Assembly (NCBI GenBank): GCA_951406725.2
Contig: OX597819.1
Span: 110,422,001 to 110,486,000, forward strand
From: Octopus vulgaris
Lineage: Eukaryota
Direction: 5' to 3'
Length of the DNA: 64,000 nucleotides
Made by a program: the position numbers and the translations under genes. The notes beneath the pieces were generated by a model. The model was not told the DNA's origin and made no database searches. It saw only the letters and a list, made by a program, of their open reading frames with translations. Positions within the stretch are counted from its first letter, which is position 1, and each line of letters opens with the position of its first letter. Shown here piece after piece: positions 14,299-27,935 of this stretch.

Positions 14299-14300
<2 letters not shown>
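13676..14300. mobile_element. Penelope-type fold-back remnant: 161-bp inverted repeats around an HHR
   Basis: 13676-13836 is the reverse complement of 14046-14206 (2 mismatches seen); both outer ends run into (TA)n. Confidence 0.8.
13862..13952 (-). ncRNA. Type I hammerhead ribozyme, canonical core, palindromic stem III
   Basis: Minus strand: CCTACG-CTGAGGA-GAAA..AGTC/long loop/GACT..TTTC-GAAA-CGTACG-TC-CGTAGG; predicted cut after GUC, between 13868 and 13867. Confidence 0.88.
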
Positions 14301-14370
<70 letters not shown>

Positions 14371-14692
14371 ATATGTGTTTGTGTGCCTGTGTTTGTCCCC
14401 ACCAACATCGCTTGACAACCGATGCTGATGTGTTTACGTCCCCATAACTTAGCGGTTCGGCAAAAGATACCGATAGAATAAGTACCAGGCTTACAAAGAA
14501 TAAGTCCTGGAGTCGATTTGTTCGACTAAAGGCGGTGCTCCAGCATGACCACAATCAAATGACTGAAACAAGTAAAAGAGTAAATAACATGAATATTCTT
14601 GTTTTTTAGCCCCCCTTGAACAAACATCTCTGGTCAAAGACATTCCATCTGTGACCATCATATCTTGCTTTTATATATAATTTGCCTAGATA

Positions 14693-15035
14693 AAGACCCC
14701 TTCGATCATGAATGACCATGGGATTGCATCTAGAAAGATACCCTTCGAGGGTATCTTTCGAGGTATCTGGGGAAGGTTGTTTATGGAAGACCAACAGTTA
14801 CCCACATATACCAGCCTCCTCACTCCACGCCACTGATGTTATCAAAGGGAAAGGCAAAGGCCGATACAGCTTGGAACCAGTGATATCGCAATTCATTCTA
14901 CAGTTGAGTGAACTGGAGCAACGGGATATAAAGTATCTTGCTCAAGAACACAACACACAGCCCGGTCCGAGAATCGAACTCACTACCTCATGATTGTGAC
15001 CCCCACTCTCTAACCAGTGAGCCATGCACCTTCAC
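14693..15035 (-). mobile_element. tRNA-derived SINE family D
   Basis: Head GAAGGTGCATGGCTC..GAGTTCGATTCTC; CORE-like TTCTTGAGCAAG; tail shared with 17830-18060. Confidence 0.75.
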
Positions 15036-15577
15036 TAGTTTGCCTAGGACTATATTAGTAACCTCTTTGTTTTTTAAAGATGTTAGAGTGTAATATCAGG
15101 GTGATTGACTACATTTTCTAGCAGGTCAAGAGAACACTTAAAAGCTTCGTCGCTTGATTGTGATGACTAATGAGATTTTGGTGGCGGTGGTGGTAGTGGC
15201 TGTGGTGGTTCTGGAGGGTGTTGTAATGTGGCTGTGGTTGTAGAGGTCATGGTGGTTGTTCAGGTATACGTTGTAGTCTTTGGTAGTAGTAGATGTAGTA
15301 GTTGTGATGGTGATGGTGATGGTGGAGTGATGGCGATGGTGATGGTGGTATTATAATGGTGATTGTGATGGGGTGTTGTGTTGGTAGGGTGTTAGACGTA
15401 GCGTTACTGGCAGCGAAATGGAAGTGGTGAGAGTGGAGCGTGCTACAAGTTTCGATGATGGTGGTGGGGTGGAGGCTGGGGGGGGGGGGGTGAAGGGCAC
15501 CTCACAATTTTTGCCGACGGTCATCCAAGCTGAGAATGATGACCAATTTCTAAATGTTATCTGAAAACTTTACACAC

Positions 15578-15960
15578 TAGTAGTAGTAGTAGTAGTAGTA
15601 GTAGTGATGGTGGTAGTATTAGTACTATTAGTAGTAGTATTGGTGGAGATAGTAGTAGTGGTTGAGATAGTAGTAGTAGTTGTATAGGTGGTGGTGGTAG
15701 TAGTAGTTGTAGTGGTGGTGGTGGTGGTGGTGGTGATAGAAGTAGTAGTAGTTGTTGTAGTAATAATAGTGGGGATAGGGTAGGTGGTGATGTAGGTGGT
15801 GGTAGTAGTTGTAGTGGTGGTGGTGGTGGTGGTGGTGATAGTAGTAGTAGTAGTGGTTGTAGTGGTGGTGGTGGTGATAGTAGTAGTGGTTGTAGTAGTG
15901 GTGGTGGTGGTGATAGTAGTAGTAGTAGTAGTAGTAGCAGTAGTAGCAGCAGTAGTAGTT

Positions 15961-16012
<52 letters not shown>

Positions 16013-16020
16013 CAGCAGTT
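15578..16020. repeat. (TAG)n/(GTG)n compound microsatellite
   Basis: Read directly. Confidence 0.95.
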
Positions 16021-16708
16021 AGAACTAAACTGCGCAGACACGCCGATGCCATAAAAGTCAAGCACGCTTGAAGGACGAAAAGCGGCGTGGATTGGCAACT
16101 TTCGCGCTGTACACTTGCCCGGCCTGTTAAGACAAAGTTCGGTTTAATTTCCAAGCGATTATTGTCATGGATATAAATACGGATGAGTCGGGCTGTGGCC
16201 GTGGAGAGACATAGCCACCATTGCCTGCCTTGACGGCTTTTCACTGCAGGGTGACATCAGAGAAAGAGATCGTTTATATTGTAGATTAAGGTTGAAATTC
16301 AATTTATTTATTTATATTAATTATTTTATAAAAACCTCTACATCATTCTTTTTTTTCTTTTTGCGTGACACGCAAAATGGAAGAAGAGTGTGAAGGGAGC
16401 GATGTGATTCTGGCCTCAGGTAAATATCATCCTTTTATTATCTTCTACTAACGAAAATGAATCATAGTGCCAGGTAAAATAATGATAATAGTAATCTTTT
16501 CTGCTAGAGGCACACACAAGGCCTGAAATTGTTGGGGAGGCGAGTAGTCGATTATGTCAACCCCCAGTGTTTCACTGGTACTTAGTTTATCGAACCCGAA
16601 AGGATATAAGGCAAAGTCGACCTCGGCAGATTTGAAATCAGAACGTAGCAAGGGCAAAATACCGCTAAGCATTTCGTACAGCGCGCTGATGATTCTGCCA
16701 GCTCGCTA

Positions 16709-16815
<107 letters not shown>

Positions 16816-17410
16816 AAATGCCCTGATGCAGTACCAGGCAGTGGTTCTCATGGCTTCTGATGTTAACTGATTGGAAGCGTTGACTTGGTATAAAAAATGG
16901 ACTACAGCAAATATTCTGCTCAATATCACAAATTTTCTTGTCAGTTGTTTGACCTTAACCATTTGATCATGTCCCTTAGAGGCTGACGATATGTGCATCT
17001 CTGATCACGAGCAGAAGTAGTGGAGGAGCATCATAGACATGTGTTGAGAAGAATTCTTTGGGTTTGAATAATTCGCCTTTGGGAACATGGATGTTTTGAT
17101 CAACATCCTTAAACAATCCTTATTCAGGGACCTTTTGAGCGGGAAGGGTTACTCGACCAGAAGAAAATTCTAACTGGGCCCCACCTGCAAGGTCATGTGC
17201 TATTTATCTTGATATGAGATCACCATGTCGCGCACGTATGGTTGTGATGCATGTGCCTTGTGTACCCTTTTCAGACGGGTAGTCATGATGGGTATACTGG
17301 GCTTCGTATATTTTACCCCAGTATTACTTTGATGGCATGCGCTGCTCTCTCACTCAATAATAATAATAATAACAATAATAATAATAATGATAATAATAAT
17401 AATAATAATC
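16816..17410 (+). mobile_element. Non-autonomous retroposon or LINE 3' portion with (AAT)n tail, within a trinucleotide microsatellite
   Basis: 3' ~230 bp recurs inverted at ~61549-61780; ends CTCTCACTC(AAT)n. Confidence 0.65.
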
Positions 17411-17829
17411 TTTTCTACTCTAGGCACGAGGCCCGAAATTTTTGGAGAGGGGGCTAGTTAATTAGAACGACCCCAGTACCCAACTGGTACTTAATTTATC
17501 GACCCCGAAAGAATGAAAGGCAAAGTCGACCTTGGCGGAATTTGAACTCGGAACGTAAAGACAGACGAGATACCTATTTCTTTACTGCCTGTCTTTAGCG
17601 CGTCAGACAAAATGTTCAGCAAAATTTCTCCCGACACTATGTTTTGAGTTCAAATTCCTCCAGTGTCATCTTTGCCTGTCATCCTTTCGGGGCTCGATAA
17701 AAGAATTCACCAGTAAGTTTAAGAATAAATTTATATGAGTTACTGATAGGGGAGTTCAGTACTGACAATAGATTCAAATTTATTATGAAATTCATATTGA
17801 CAGAGATGTTATGCTTCCCCTGAGCTGAG

Positions 17830-18195
17830 AGCCCCTTCGGTCATGACTGACCATGGCATTGCACCTAGAAAGTTACCCTCCCAGGCACAATTCCAGGCAA
17901 GATTGTTTATGGAAACCAGCAGTCACCCATTCATACCGGCCTCCCCTTCACCACGCCACCAGTGTTATCCAAGGGAAAGGCAAAGGCCGATACAGCTTGG
18001 CACCTGTGACGTCGCAACTCATTTCTACAGCTGAGTGAGCTGGAGCAACGTGAAATAAAGTGAAGGCGCATGGCTCAGTGGTTAGAGCGCCGAGCTTACG
18101 ATCGCGAGGTTGTGAGTTCGAATCCTGGACAGAACTGCGTGTTGTGTTCTTGAGCAAGACACTTTATTTCACGTTGCTCCAGTTCACTCAGCTGT
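17830..18195. mobile_element. Family D SINE with inverted 5' head
   Basis: Body on minus (17830-18062), tRNA head on plus (18062-18195); ~36-bp overlap duplicated in inverted orientation. Confidence 0.75.
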
Positions 18196-18219
18196 TTCCT
18201 CTTGTGCCTAGGGAAGAAA

Positions 18220-19120
18220 AGAATCGTTAGTACGCTGGATGAAATGCTTTGCGGTATTTCGCCCGTCGCTACGTTCTGAGTTCAAATTCCGCCGAGGTCG
18301 ACTTTTCCTTTCATCCTTTCGGGGTCAATAAATTAAGTACCAGTTGAATACTGGGGTCGATGTTATCGACTGCCTCCTTCCCTGTAACTTGCTGGCTTTG
18401 TCTCCAAATTTCATGCGATCGACTAGTCCCTCCCCCAAAATGTCAGGTCTTGTGCATATAGTAGAAAGGATTATTACTGCCAAATGTCATGGCGGCGAGC
18501 TGGCAAAATTGTTAACACGCTGGACAAAATGGTTAACGGCATTTTGTCCGTCTTAACGTCCTCAGCTGAAATCCCGCCACGTTTGACTTTGCTTTTCATC
18601 CTTTCAGGTTCAATGAAATGGGTACCAGTTGAATAATGGGGTCGATGTTATCGACTTGCTCCTTCCTCCCGGACTTGCTTGTCTAGTCTCAAATTTTTGA
18701 AATCATTATTACTGCTAAATCTAAGGCTTTGAGGTGGCAGAAACGTTAGCACGCCGTTTGTCCCCTCTGTATTAGCCCCTTGTAGGCAATAAAGAAATAA
18801 GAATCGTTACCACACCAGGCAAAATGCTTAGCGGCATTGCGTCCTTCTTTACGTTCTGAGTTCAAATTACGCCGAAGTCGACATTACCTTTCATTCTTTC
18901 GGGGTCAAATAAATAAGTACCACACAAGCATTTGGCTCGATGTTATCAACTAGCTCTCTCCCGCAAAGTTTCGGGCTTTTTGCGTATAGTTGAAAGGATT
19001 ATCAATGCTAAATCTTAGGCAGAAAGGTAGCACAGTCGTTAACATGCCGGACAAAATGCTTAGCAACATTTTTTCCGATGCTTTGCGTTTCAGCCTTTTG
19101 AGGCTGATATAATTAATACC
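18220..19120 (+). mobile_element. Cluster of decayed family B SINE copies
   Basis: Repeated heads and CCTTTCATCCTTTC cores. Confidence 0.7.
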
Positions 19121-19136
19121 AGTTAAACACAGGTAG

Positions 19137-19445
19137 TGGAGCCAATTGGCCTAGTGGCTAGAGCAGCGGACTCGCGGTCGAGGGATCGCAGGTTCGAATC
19201 TCAGATCGGGCGATGTGTGTGTTTATGAGCGAAGCACCTAAGCTCCGCGCGGCTCCGGCAGAAGGTAATGGCGAAACTTCTGCTGACACTTTCGCCGCAA
19301 CTTCCTCTCACTCTTTACTCCTGTATCTAGCAGCTCACCTGCGACGAACCGGCGTCCCGTCCAGGTGGGTAACCTATACACCAGTGAAACCGGGAAACCA
19401 GCACTTATGAGCCAGGTATGGCTAGAGAAGGAACAAACAACAACC
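19137..19445 (+). mobile_element. tRNA-derived SINE family C, tail type 1
   Basis: Head TGGCCTAGTGG..GGACTCGCGGTCG..GGTTCGAATC; second copy at 45140-45450; (AAC)n-like end. Confidence 0.8.
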
Positions 19446-19596
19446 AGAAACACAGGTGTCGATGTAATCAACTTACCTTTCCGGCTAAAAATGCTGACCT
19501 CGTGGCAAAATTTGAAGTCGTGATTATTACTATATCTACTTACGTATTTTCTCTGTTTTTCAAACTGGAAAAGGGAAAGAAAAAAATTACTGATAT

Positions 19597-20020
19597 TGCG
19601 CAGGCGTGGGTGCGTGGTAAGAAGCTTGCTTCCCAGCCACATGGCTCCGGGTTCAGTCCCATTGTGTGGCAACTTGGGCAAGTGTCTTCTACTATAGCCT
19701 CGGGCGACCAAAGCCTTATGAGTGGATTTGGTAGACGGAAACTGAAAGAAGCCCGTCGTATATATATATATATATATATATATATACGTGTGTGTGTGTG
19801 TGTGTGCATGTGTGTGTGTGTGTGTGTGTGTGTTCCTCCAGCATGGCTTGACAACCGATACTGGTGTGTTTACATTCCCGTAACTTAGCGGTTCTGCAAA
19901 AGATACCGATACAAGAAGTACTAGGCTTACAAAACAATAAGTCGGGGGGTCGAATTCTTCGACTAAAAGGCGGTGCTCCAGCATGGCTGCAGTCAAATGA
20001 GTGAAACAAGTAAAGGAAAA
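19597..20020 (+). mobile_element. Family A SINE, full length
   Basis: Head, CORE-like motif, internal microsatellite and tail hairpin present. Confidence 0.8.
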
Positions 20021-20275
20021 TAATAAAATACAATATTTTAAATGGTCTGATAAGCTTGTCTTGCCTTGGTTTTGTTTTCCTCTTCTTTTAATATATATAA
20101 ATAAGAAAGAAGAAAACAAAGGACCACTGATGCGGTCACAGGAGTGTGACGAAAGAACTCTGGCCGAAATAAGATTAAGATTAATGTAAAAAATAAATAA
20201 CACTGAAGCAAAATAACACCAAATATATAGTGCGTGTGTTTTTATTGGCTAAACTGGCAATATGACCATTCCGAA

Positions 20276-20324
<49 letters not shown>

Positions 20325-20503
20325 GCAAACGTGTGTGTATGTATATATACATACATACATAGTTGTATATCCATCCATCTCTTTGTGTGTGTGCGCGTGC
20401 GTACGCGTGTGTGGTATACGTGTGTGTGTGTGGTATGTGTGTCTGGTATGTGTGTGTGTGCGTGCGTGTGTGTGTGTGGTATGTATGTGTGCGTATGTGT
20501 GTG

Positions 20504-20834
20504 CCACCATCAGCACCACCAGCATCAACACCACCACCACCACCACCACCACCACCACCAAAACCACCACCACTACCAAAACCATCACGACGACGACCAC
20601 CACCATCGGTGCCATCACCACTACCGCCGCCACTGCCACCGCTGCCACCGGCATCTCACTTCTGTCGCTACCACTGGAAAGGCCGCTGCCATCACCACCA
20701 TCAACCAATCATTACACCATTATCCTCACTAACACCGCCATTAACTTCATGGTCGCCGCCACCAATTAACCATCAACGGCATCGCCATCACGTGTATCAC
20801 TAATAGCAGTATCATTGTCTTATTTGAGATCATC

Positions 20835-20892
<58 letters not shown>

Positions 20893-21385
20893 CGGTCGTC
20901 GTCGCCGCCAATACACGTCTCCACCAGCTCCAGTAGCACCATCGCTACCATTATCACCACTATTATCATCATCGTCATCATCAACGTCACCAGCAACACA
21001 GCCACCACCATACCCCACAACTACCACCAGCACCAGCACCACCACCACCACCACCCACCACAACCATCACCCCAACAACCACAGCCACCACCACAGCCAC
21101 CACCACAGCTACCACCACAGCCACTACCACAACAACCACCACAGCCACTATCACCACCACCACCACCACCACTATCCCCACCACCATACCCTCCACTACA
21201 GCTACCACCACCACCACCATTACCACAGCCACCACCACCATAACCACCACCAACACCACCATAGACACCATCACCACAACCACCACCATACCCATCACCA
21301 CAGTTTTCATCACCACACCATTCACCAACACCACATCCACCACCACCACCACCACACTTCATCATCATCATCATCATCATCATCG
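20504..21385. repeat. Low-complexity (CAC)/(CAT) trinucleotide region
   Basis: Read directly; explains the Pro/His/Thr-rich ORFs. Confidence 0.9.
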
Positions 21386-21521
21386 TATTGTCTCCCTCTG
21401 TCTATCTCTCTCTTTCTCTATTTCGCTATCTCTCTGTCTCCTGTCTGTCTGCCTCTCTTTCTCTGTCTCCTTCTTTCTCTTTCATTCACTCTCTCTCTCT
21501 TTCTCTCTTTCTCTCTCTCCT

Positions 21522-21552
<31 letters not shown>

Positions 21553-22140
21553 TTATCTCTCTCTGTCTCTCCTCGAAGAACTGTAAAAAAACCCAAAGAC
21601 GAGTTCAGGCCAACTTTCGATGGGAACGTTGTTTACGGCACATTGAAGACGCCCAGATTCGCCTGACATAGCAGACGTGACATTTTCCCGCCTTCTCGTT
21701 CTTCTTGTGAACGCATCAAGCCAGTCTTTTGCTCGCAATTGTGCTGGTGGCCATTTTGTTTGCCTACTTTTCTTAAATTTTCGTTGGCAATGGTGCGTTG
21801 TATGGCGAAGGAGAGGGTGTTCCTTCTAAGGAGTTCATAACACTCTCACCCCATTTCACTCTCTTTCTCTTCCTCTCCCTATATATGTGTCGGTGTATGT
21901 GTATGTATGTATGTCTATATGTATATGTGTGTGTGTGTGTGTACATATTTGTATTAGTGTGTGTGTGTGTGCGTGTGTGTGTATGTGTGCGTTCGTGTGT
22001 TTGTGTCTGTCTAATATTGGTTTTCGTTTTAGCTATCTGCTTTTTACTTCTTTTTATCAATTCAATTTTCGTTATGAGCATACATGAATGCTTGTCCGTG
22101 TATATTTGTGTATGTATACATACATACATACATACATACA

Positions 22141-22176
<36 letters not shown>

Positions 22177-22486
22177 TGTATGTATGTATGTATGTGTGTG
22201 TGTATGTATGTATGTATGTATACATACATACATACATATATACATACATATATGTATGTATGTATGTATTTATATATATAATCTCGTCCCTTCTTCAACT
22301 TCTATTTCACCTGTTTTATTCTTTTTCCTTTTGTACAATCATGATGATGATGATGATGATGATGATGATCATGATCATCATCATCATCATCAAGATCAGC
22401 AGCAGCAACGGCAACAGCGGTAGCAGCAGCAGCATCTCGTCATCATCAACACCAATGTCATCACCAGTTTCACTCTCGCTCTTCAT

Positions 22487-22525
<39 letters not shown>

Positions 22526-22659
22526 TTTGCTATTAATATTATTCTATTTCTCTGGTTTTCGTTTAACAACAATGAATCTCGAAATATCAGTGTACGTAAG
22601 TCCGTTTCTATGTGTGTTTGTATATATGTGAGTGTGTATGTATTTGTGATTGTTTGTGT

Positions 22660-22752
<93 letters not shown>

Positions 22753-23067
22753 TGTCTTTACGTGCTTCTGTAAGAAAATATGCATGGAAGTATATGCACG
22801 CGCGTATATGTGTGTGTCTATATTTGTTTGTGAGTGTGTGTGTGTGTGTGTGTATGTTTCTACGCTTGTGTGTGTTTATTGTGTGTGTTTCTATGCGCCG
22901 TGTTTGTGTGTGAGTAGTGGGAGTAAAGATGTTGAGTGAGATGTCTGAACGAGGCGTATGATGATGATGATGATGATGACAATGGGGATGATGGTGATGA
23001 TGATGAGGAGGAGGAGGAAGAAGAAGAAGGAGGAGGAGGAGAAGGAGGAGGAGAAGGAGGAGGAGGA

Positions 23068-23161
<94 letters not shown>

Positions 23162-23916
23162 AAGAAGAAGAAGAAGAAAAGGTGAGTGATGGTGGTGGAA
23201 GTGCGCAAGATCTTGTGCGTTTTCTGCATCAGGGATCAGTGTCAATTAGTACTGCAAGATATTGTTTTAAGGGTTAGCGATCTTGGAGGAAACAGGGACC
23301 TAGATCATGTGGCTTGTTGCCAGGGAAATGGCGATGTGAAGGGCTGGGCGTAGAGGGAAACTAGGCGAGAGAGATAGAATAAAGGGAGACAGTTAGAGAG
23401 TGAATGGAGTGGAGATGGGACGAGGGGATCGCGCGTGTGTGTGTTAGTGTGAGAGAGAGAGAGAGAGAAGGGAGAGAGTAGAGAAAGAGATAATTGATAG
23501 AGAGAAGTTAGAGAGAGAGAAAAAAGGAAAGGAAGATAGAAGTGAGGGAGGCGGAGATAGAGTGAGATCAAGGAAGGAAGGAAGGCAGAGAATCAGTAAA
23601 AGGGAAAAAGAAAGATTTAGAATTTTGAAGAAGACCTGAGAATTCTATATACATATGCATTTACATACATATATCATATATGCGTGTGTATAAGTATTAT
23701 AGATTTATTTCAGCCGATCATACTCATGGTCTTGTGGATATGTGTATGTATGTATGTATGTATGTATGTATGTATGTATGTATGTATGTATGTATGTATG
23801 TATGTATGTACGTACGTACGTATGTATGTATGTATGTATGTACGTATGTATGTATGTATGTATGTATGTATGTATGTATGTATGTATGTATGTATGTATG
23901 TACGTATGTATGTATG

Positions 23917-24024
23917 TCATAGTTCAATTTTATTTCAAGATTTCTTGCCAATAGAGAAAGAGCCGATTTCTAACCGAGATCTAAGGCTCTTTCACTGGAA
24001 TTTCAACATCAAGAACAGAGTATT

Positions 24025-24057
<33 letters not shown>

Positions 24058-24352
24058 ATGTATGTATGTATGTATGTATGTATGTATGTATGTATGTATG
24101 CAGAGTGATTTGTATGTTTTGTTTTATGTATGTATTATCATGCATATAGTTGAATATCTAGAAATGTTCTTATATATTTAAATGCTAAACTTCTAGAAAG
24201 TTTTATAGAATTTTACAGTTCCAGTGATGGATTGGATCTATAGTCTTCGAATTAAAATTCTCCTTTCTGGTTTTGAGAAGCCTAATTTCTCAAGAGTGGT
24301 ATTTAGGCAGTGTGTTACATATCTCAGGGCCCCAATAATTACAGGTATAAAC
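23917..24352 (-). pseudogene. 3' end of an RLE-type (R4/Dong-like) non-LTR retrotransposon
   Basis: Minus-strand translation [41 protein letters not shown] with stops; PVIIGAL resembles the RLE-domain C-terminal motif; lies in (TATG)n. Confidence 0.6.
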
Positions 24353-24549
24353 CTAGTATATATGTATGCATGTCTGTCTCTATGTATATATGTTTGTATG
24401 TATGTATGTATGTATGTATTTATGTATGTATGTATGTATGTATGTAGGAATGTCTATATATTTATCTCTCTATCTATCTATATTATATACATACATACAC
24501 ACATATATATATATACATATATATGTATGTATATATATATATGCATGTA

Positions 24550-24594
<45 letters not shown>

Positions 24595-24596
24595 GT

Positions 24597-24901
24597 GGAG
24601 GCGCAATGGCCTAGTGGTTAGGGCAGCGGACTCGCGGTCGCAGGATCGCGGTTTCGATTCCCAGACCGGGCGTTGTGAGTGTTTATTGAGTGAAAACACC
24701 TAACAGCTCCACGAGGCTCCGGCAGGGGGTGGTGATCGCTGCTGTACTCTTTCACCACTCTTTCGCCCACTCTTTCTTCTGTTGGCCTGCTCGCTTAGCC
24801 AGCGGGGTGGCGTCATTCGAAGGCTAAAACAATGCGAATGCATTGTGACCAGCGATGTGTAACAACATCTGATGGTCTGGTCGGTCACGTGATCACGTGA
24901 T
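24597..24901 (+). mobile_element. SINE family C, tail type 2
   Basis: Family C head; ends GGTCACGTGATCACGTGA; second copy at 52484-52796. Confidence 0.85.
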
Positions 24902-25692
24902 ATATATATAATACCCATACACCATAGCTATATGTATGTAAGTATGCATGCATGTATGAATGTATGTATATGTGTATGCATGTATGTAGGTTTGTACGTA
25001 TATATATGTAAGTATATGCGATTACATGGCAGCACCCTCGACCCCTTATTGCTTCAGAAGTTTAATAAAAAAAAGGTGAAAGGTAGGAAGAAGTTATTCT
25101 AAGACCAGAGCATGGTCCAGATGCTTCATCAACAAAATGATCTCTGCTGATGGCACAGAACACATATGTAGTGCTATTAAACAAAGACGACAGATTACCT
25201 AAAGCATTCTTAACTACTAATAATAAATATGACGAACAAAAGCAATGATTGAATTGGGAGAAATGGTGATCATTGAATAAATAGTCTCTCAAATTGGAAA
25301 AGGGAAAGAAAAACTAAAAAGAAAAAAATTACTGATATAGCGCTGGTGTGGGTGTGTGGCAAGAAGTATACTTCCTAACCACATGGTTCCGGGTTCAGTC
25401 CCACTGCGTGGCACCTTGGGCGAGTGTCTTCTACTATAGCTTCGGGCCAACTAAAACCTTGTGAGTGGATTTGGTAGACGGAAACTGAAAGAAGCCCATC
25501 GTATATATATATATATATAGTACAAAGTAAGAAAGAGGTTATGAAGGTAACCCACTATGAGATATCAGTTATCCAATATACTGCTGGTAAAGTACGCAAA
25601 TACTAAATACAAAATGCTTTTAATTGCAATGCAATTAATTCATTTATTGTATTGAATGGGTGAAGGTAAAAAATATTTTACCGTAAATTCAT

Positions 25693-26080
25693 GTGGAAGC
25701 ACTCCGTCGGTTACGACGATGAGGGTTCCGGTTGATCCGAATCAACGGAACAGCCTGCTCGTGAAATTAACGTGTAAGTGGCTGAGCACTCCACAGACAC
25801 ATGTACCCTTAACGTAGTTCTCGGGGATATTCAGCGTGACACAGAGAGTGACAAGGCCGGCCCTTTGAAATACAGGTACGACAGAAACAGGAAGTAAGAG
25901 TGAGAGAAAGTTGTGGTGAAAGAGTACAACAGGGATCACCACTATCCCTGCCGGAGCCTCGTGGAGCTTTTTAGGTGTTTTCGCTCAATAAACACTCACA
26001 ACGCCCGGTCTGGGAATCGAAACCGCGATCCTATGACCGCAAGTCCGCTGCCCTAACCACTGGGCCATTGCGCCTCCACT
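25693..26080 (-). mobile_element. SINE family C, tail type 3, with intact 10-bp target-site duplication
   Basis: GTAAATTCAT at 25683-25692 and 26081-26090; tRNA-like head at the right end. Confidence 0.9.
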
Positions 26081-26193
26081 GTAAATTCATAATACAAATA
26101 AGAAAATAGAGGAACAAATTCATTTCGATCATCAACTTACTTACGGATATTACAATTTCATATTATATATATATATATATACATATATATATG

Positions 26194-26262
<69 letters not shown>

Positions 26263-26736
26263 ATATATATGTTTGTGTGTCTGTATTTCTCCCCGGTCCC
26301 CGCATCATCGTTTGACAGCCGATGTTGGTGTATTTACGTCCCCGTAATTTTACGGTTCAGCAAACGAGACCGATATAATAAGTACTAGTCTTACAAAGAA
26401 TAAGTCCTAGGGTCGATTTGTTCGAGTAATGGCGGTGCTCCAAGAAAGAATAAAAGAATATCACCGCACCTTAGCCGTTCAACAAAATGAACCGACACAA
26501 AGAGTACAAATCTTAAAAAAACAAGTACTGGAGTCAATTCATTGAAATAAAAACTCTTCAAAGTATGGCTACAGTATAATGGCTGAAACAAGTAAACGAT
26601 AAGCGGTATGAATATAAATAAATATAAAGTAATACGAAAAGAATGAAAGAAATTGGTCAGACATTTACATAGGAATACAGCACACAAGTATGCACATATG
26701 CAAATACAGTCAAATGTATATGTGCATATTATGTTA

Positions 26737-27367
26737 AGGCGGCGAGCTGGCAGAAACGTTAGCATGCCGGGCAAAATGCGTAGCCGTATTTCGTCTGTCG
26801 TTACGTTCCGAGTTCAAATTCCGCCGAGGTCGACTTGGCCTTTCATCCTTTCGGGGTCGATTGTATAAGTACCAGTTACGCACTGGGGTCGATGTAATCG
26901 ACTTAATCCCTTTGTCTGTCCTTGTTTGTCCCCTCTGTGTTTAGACCCTTGTGGGCAGTAAACAAATAGGTATTTCGGCTGCCGCTACGTTCTGAGTTCA
27001 AATTCCGCTGAGGTCGACTTAGCCTTTCATCCTTTCGGGGTCGATTAATAAGTATCAGTTACGCACTGGGGTCGATGTAATCGACTTAATCCGTTTGTCT
27101 ATCCTTGTTTGTCCCCTCTATGTTTAGCCCCTTGTGGACAATAAAGAAATAAGAAACGTGAAGACGCCGGGCGAAATGCTTAACAGTATTTCGTCTGTCT
27201 TTACGTTCCGAGTTCAAATTCCGTCAAAGTCGACTTTGCATTTCATCGTTTCGGGGTCGATAAATTAAGTACCAATTGCGCACTGGGGTCGATGTAATCG
27301 ACTTAATCCGTTTGTCTGTCCTTGTTTGTCCCCTCTATGTTCAGCCCCTTGTGGGTGGTAAAGAAAT
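26737..27367 (+). mobile_element. Head-to-tail trimer of family B SINE
   Basis: Three similar cores and tails; junctions at 26968/9 and 27151/2. Confidence 0.85.
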
Positions 27368-27439
27368 ATATATATTTGTATATTATGTAAATGTGGGTAT
27401 ATATACACGCACAAATATTTATGGATATACTTCTGTATG

Positions 27440-27935
27440 ACTCTTTGCAAGGCAGAAGTCCGACAGCTTCAGAAAATGGTGTTCCATCTAGGGAGACATC
27501 AATCTGCAGTGGAGTTCCTCAGAGAACTGTTCTGGGACCACTACCGTTTGTAGTGGCTCTCTCTGACATGCCCTTAGTCGTACAGCCAGCCACTCTCATC
27601 AGCTATGCTCGTGATTCAAAAGTATCACAAGTGGTCAAGGACCTTTATGTGGTACTAAAACTGCAAAATGACCTGCGTGCAATGTACAAATAGGCTGATA
27701 AAAATAATATGCCGTTCGATACTGATATGTTTCAAACACTCCATTATAGGCCCATAAACAGACTACAATCGGAATACATAGGTCCACAGGGTAGTACAAT
27801 CTCAGATTTAGAACTGGTGCGCGATCTGGGAATCCACATGAGTAATGATGCAAAATTTCATGTACGTATTACCAAGATGGTAACATTGTGCAGACGAGTA
27901 GCTAAATGGATTCTTAGATCATTCAGAGCTTGAAA
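27440..27935 (+). pseudogene. CR1/L2-group LINE reverse transcriptase fragment
   Basis: SGVPQRTVLGPL, ISYARDSK (YADD-like), VRDLGIHMS..KF, WILRSF; stops present. Confidence 0.75.

Larger units (their letters stand above)
13209..14582 (+). mobile_element. Family A SINE split at its internal (TA)n by nested Penelope-type insertions
   Basis: 5' half 13209-13372 and 3' half ~14380-14582 are colinear with the intact copy at 36054-36455. Confidence 0.8.

Noticed and set aside
24597-24672. tRNA genes at SINE heads
   Set aside because: A/B boxes run into SINE bodies and no convincing cloverleaf could be drawn
26737-27367. CRISPR-like repeat array
   Set aside because: Repeats are tandem SINE copies without unique spacers, in eukaryotic DNA
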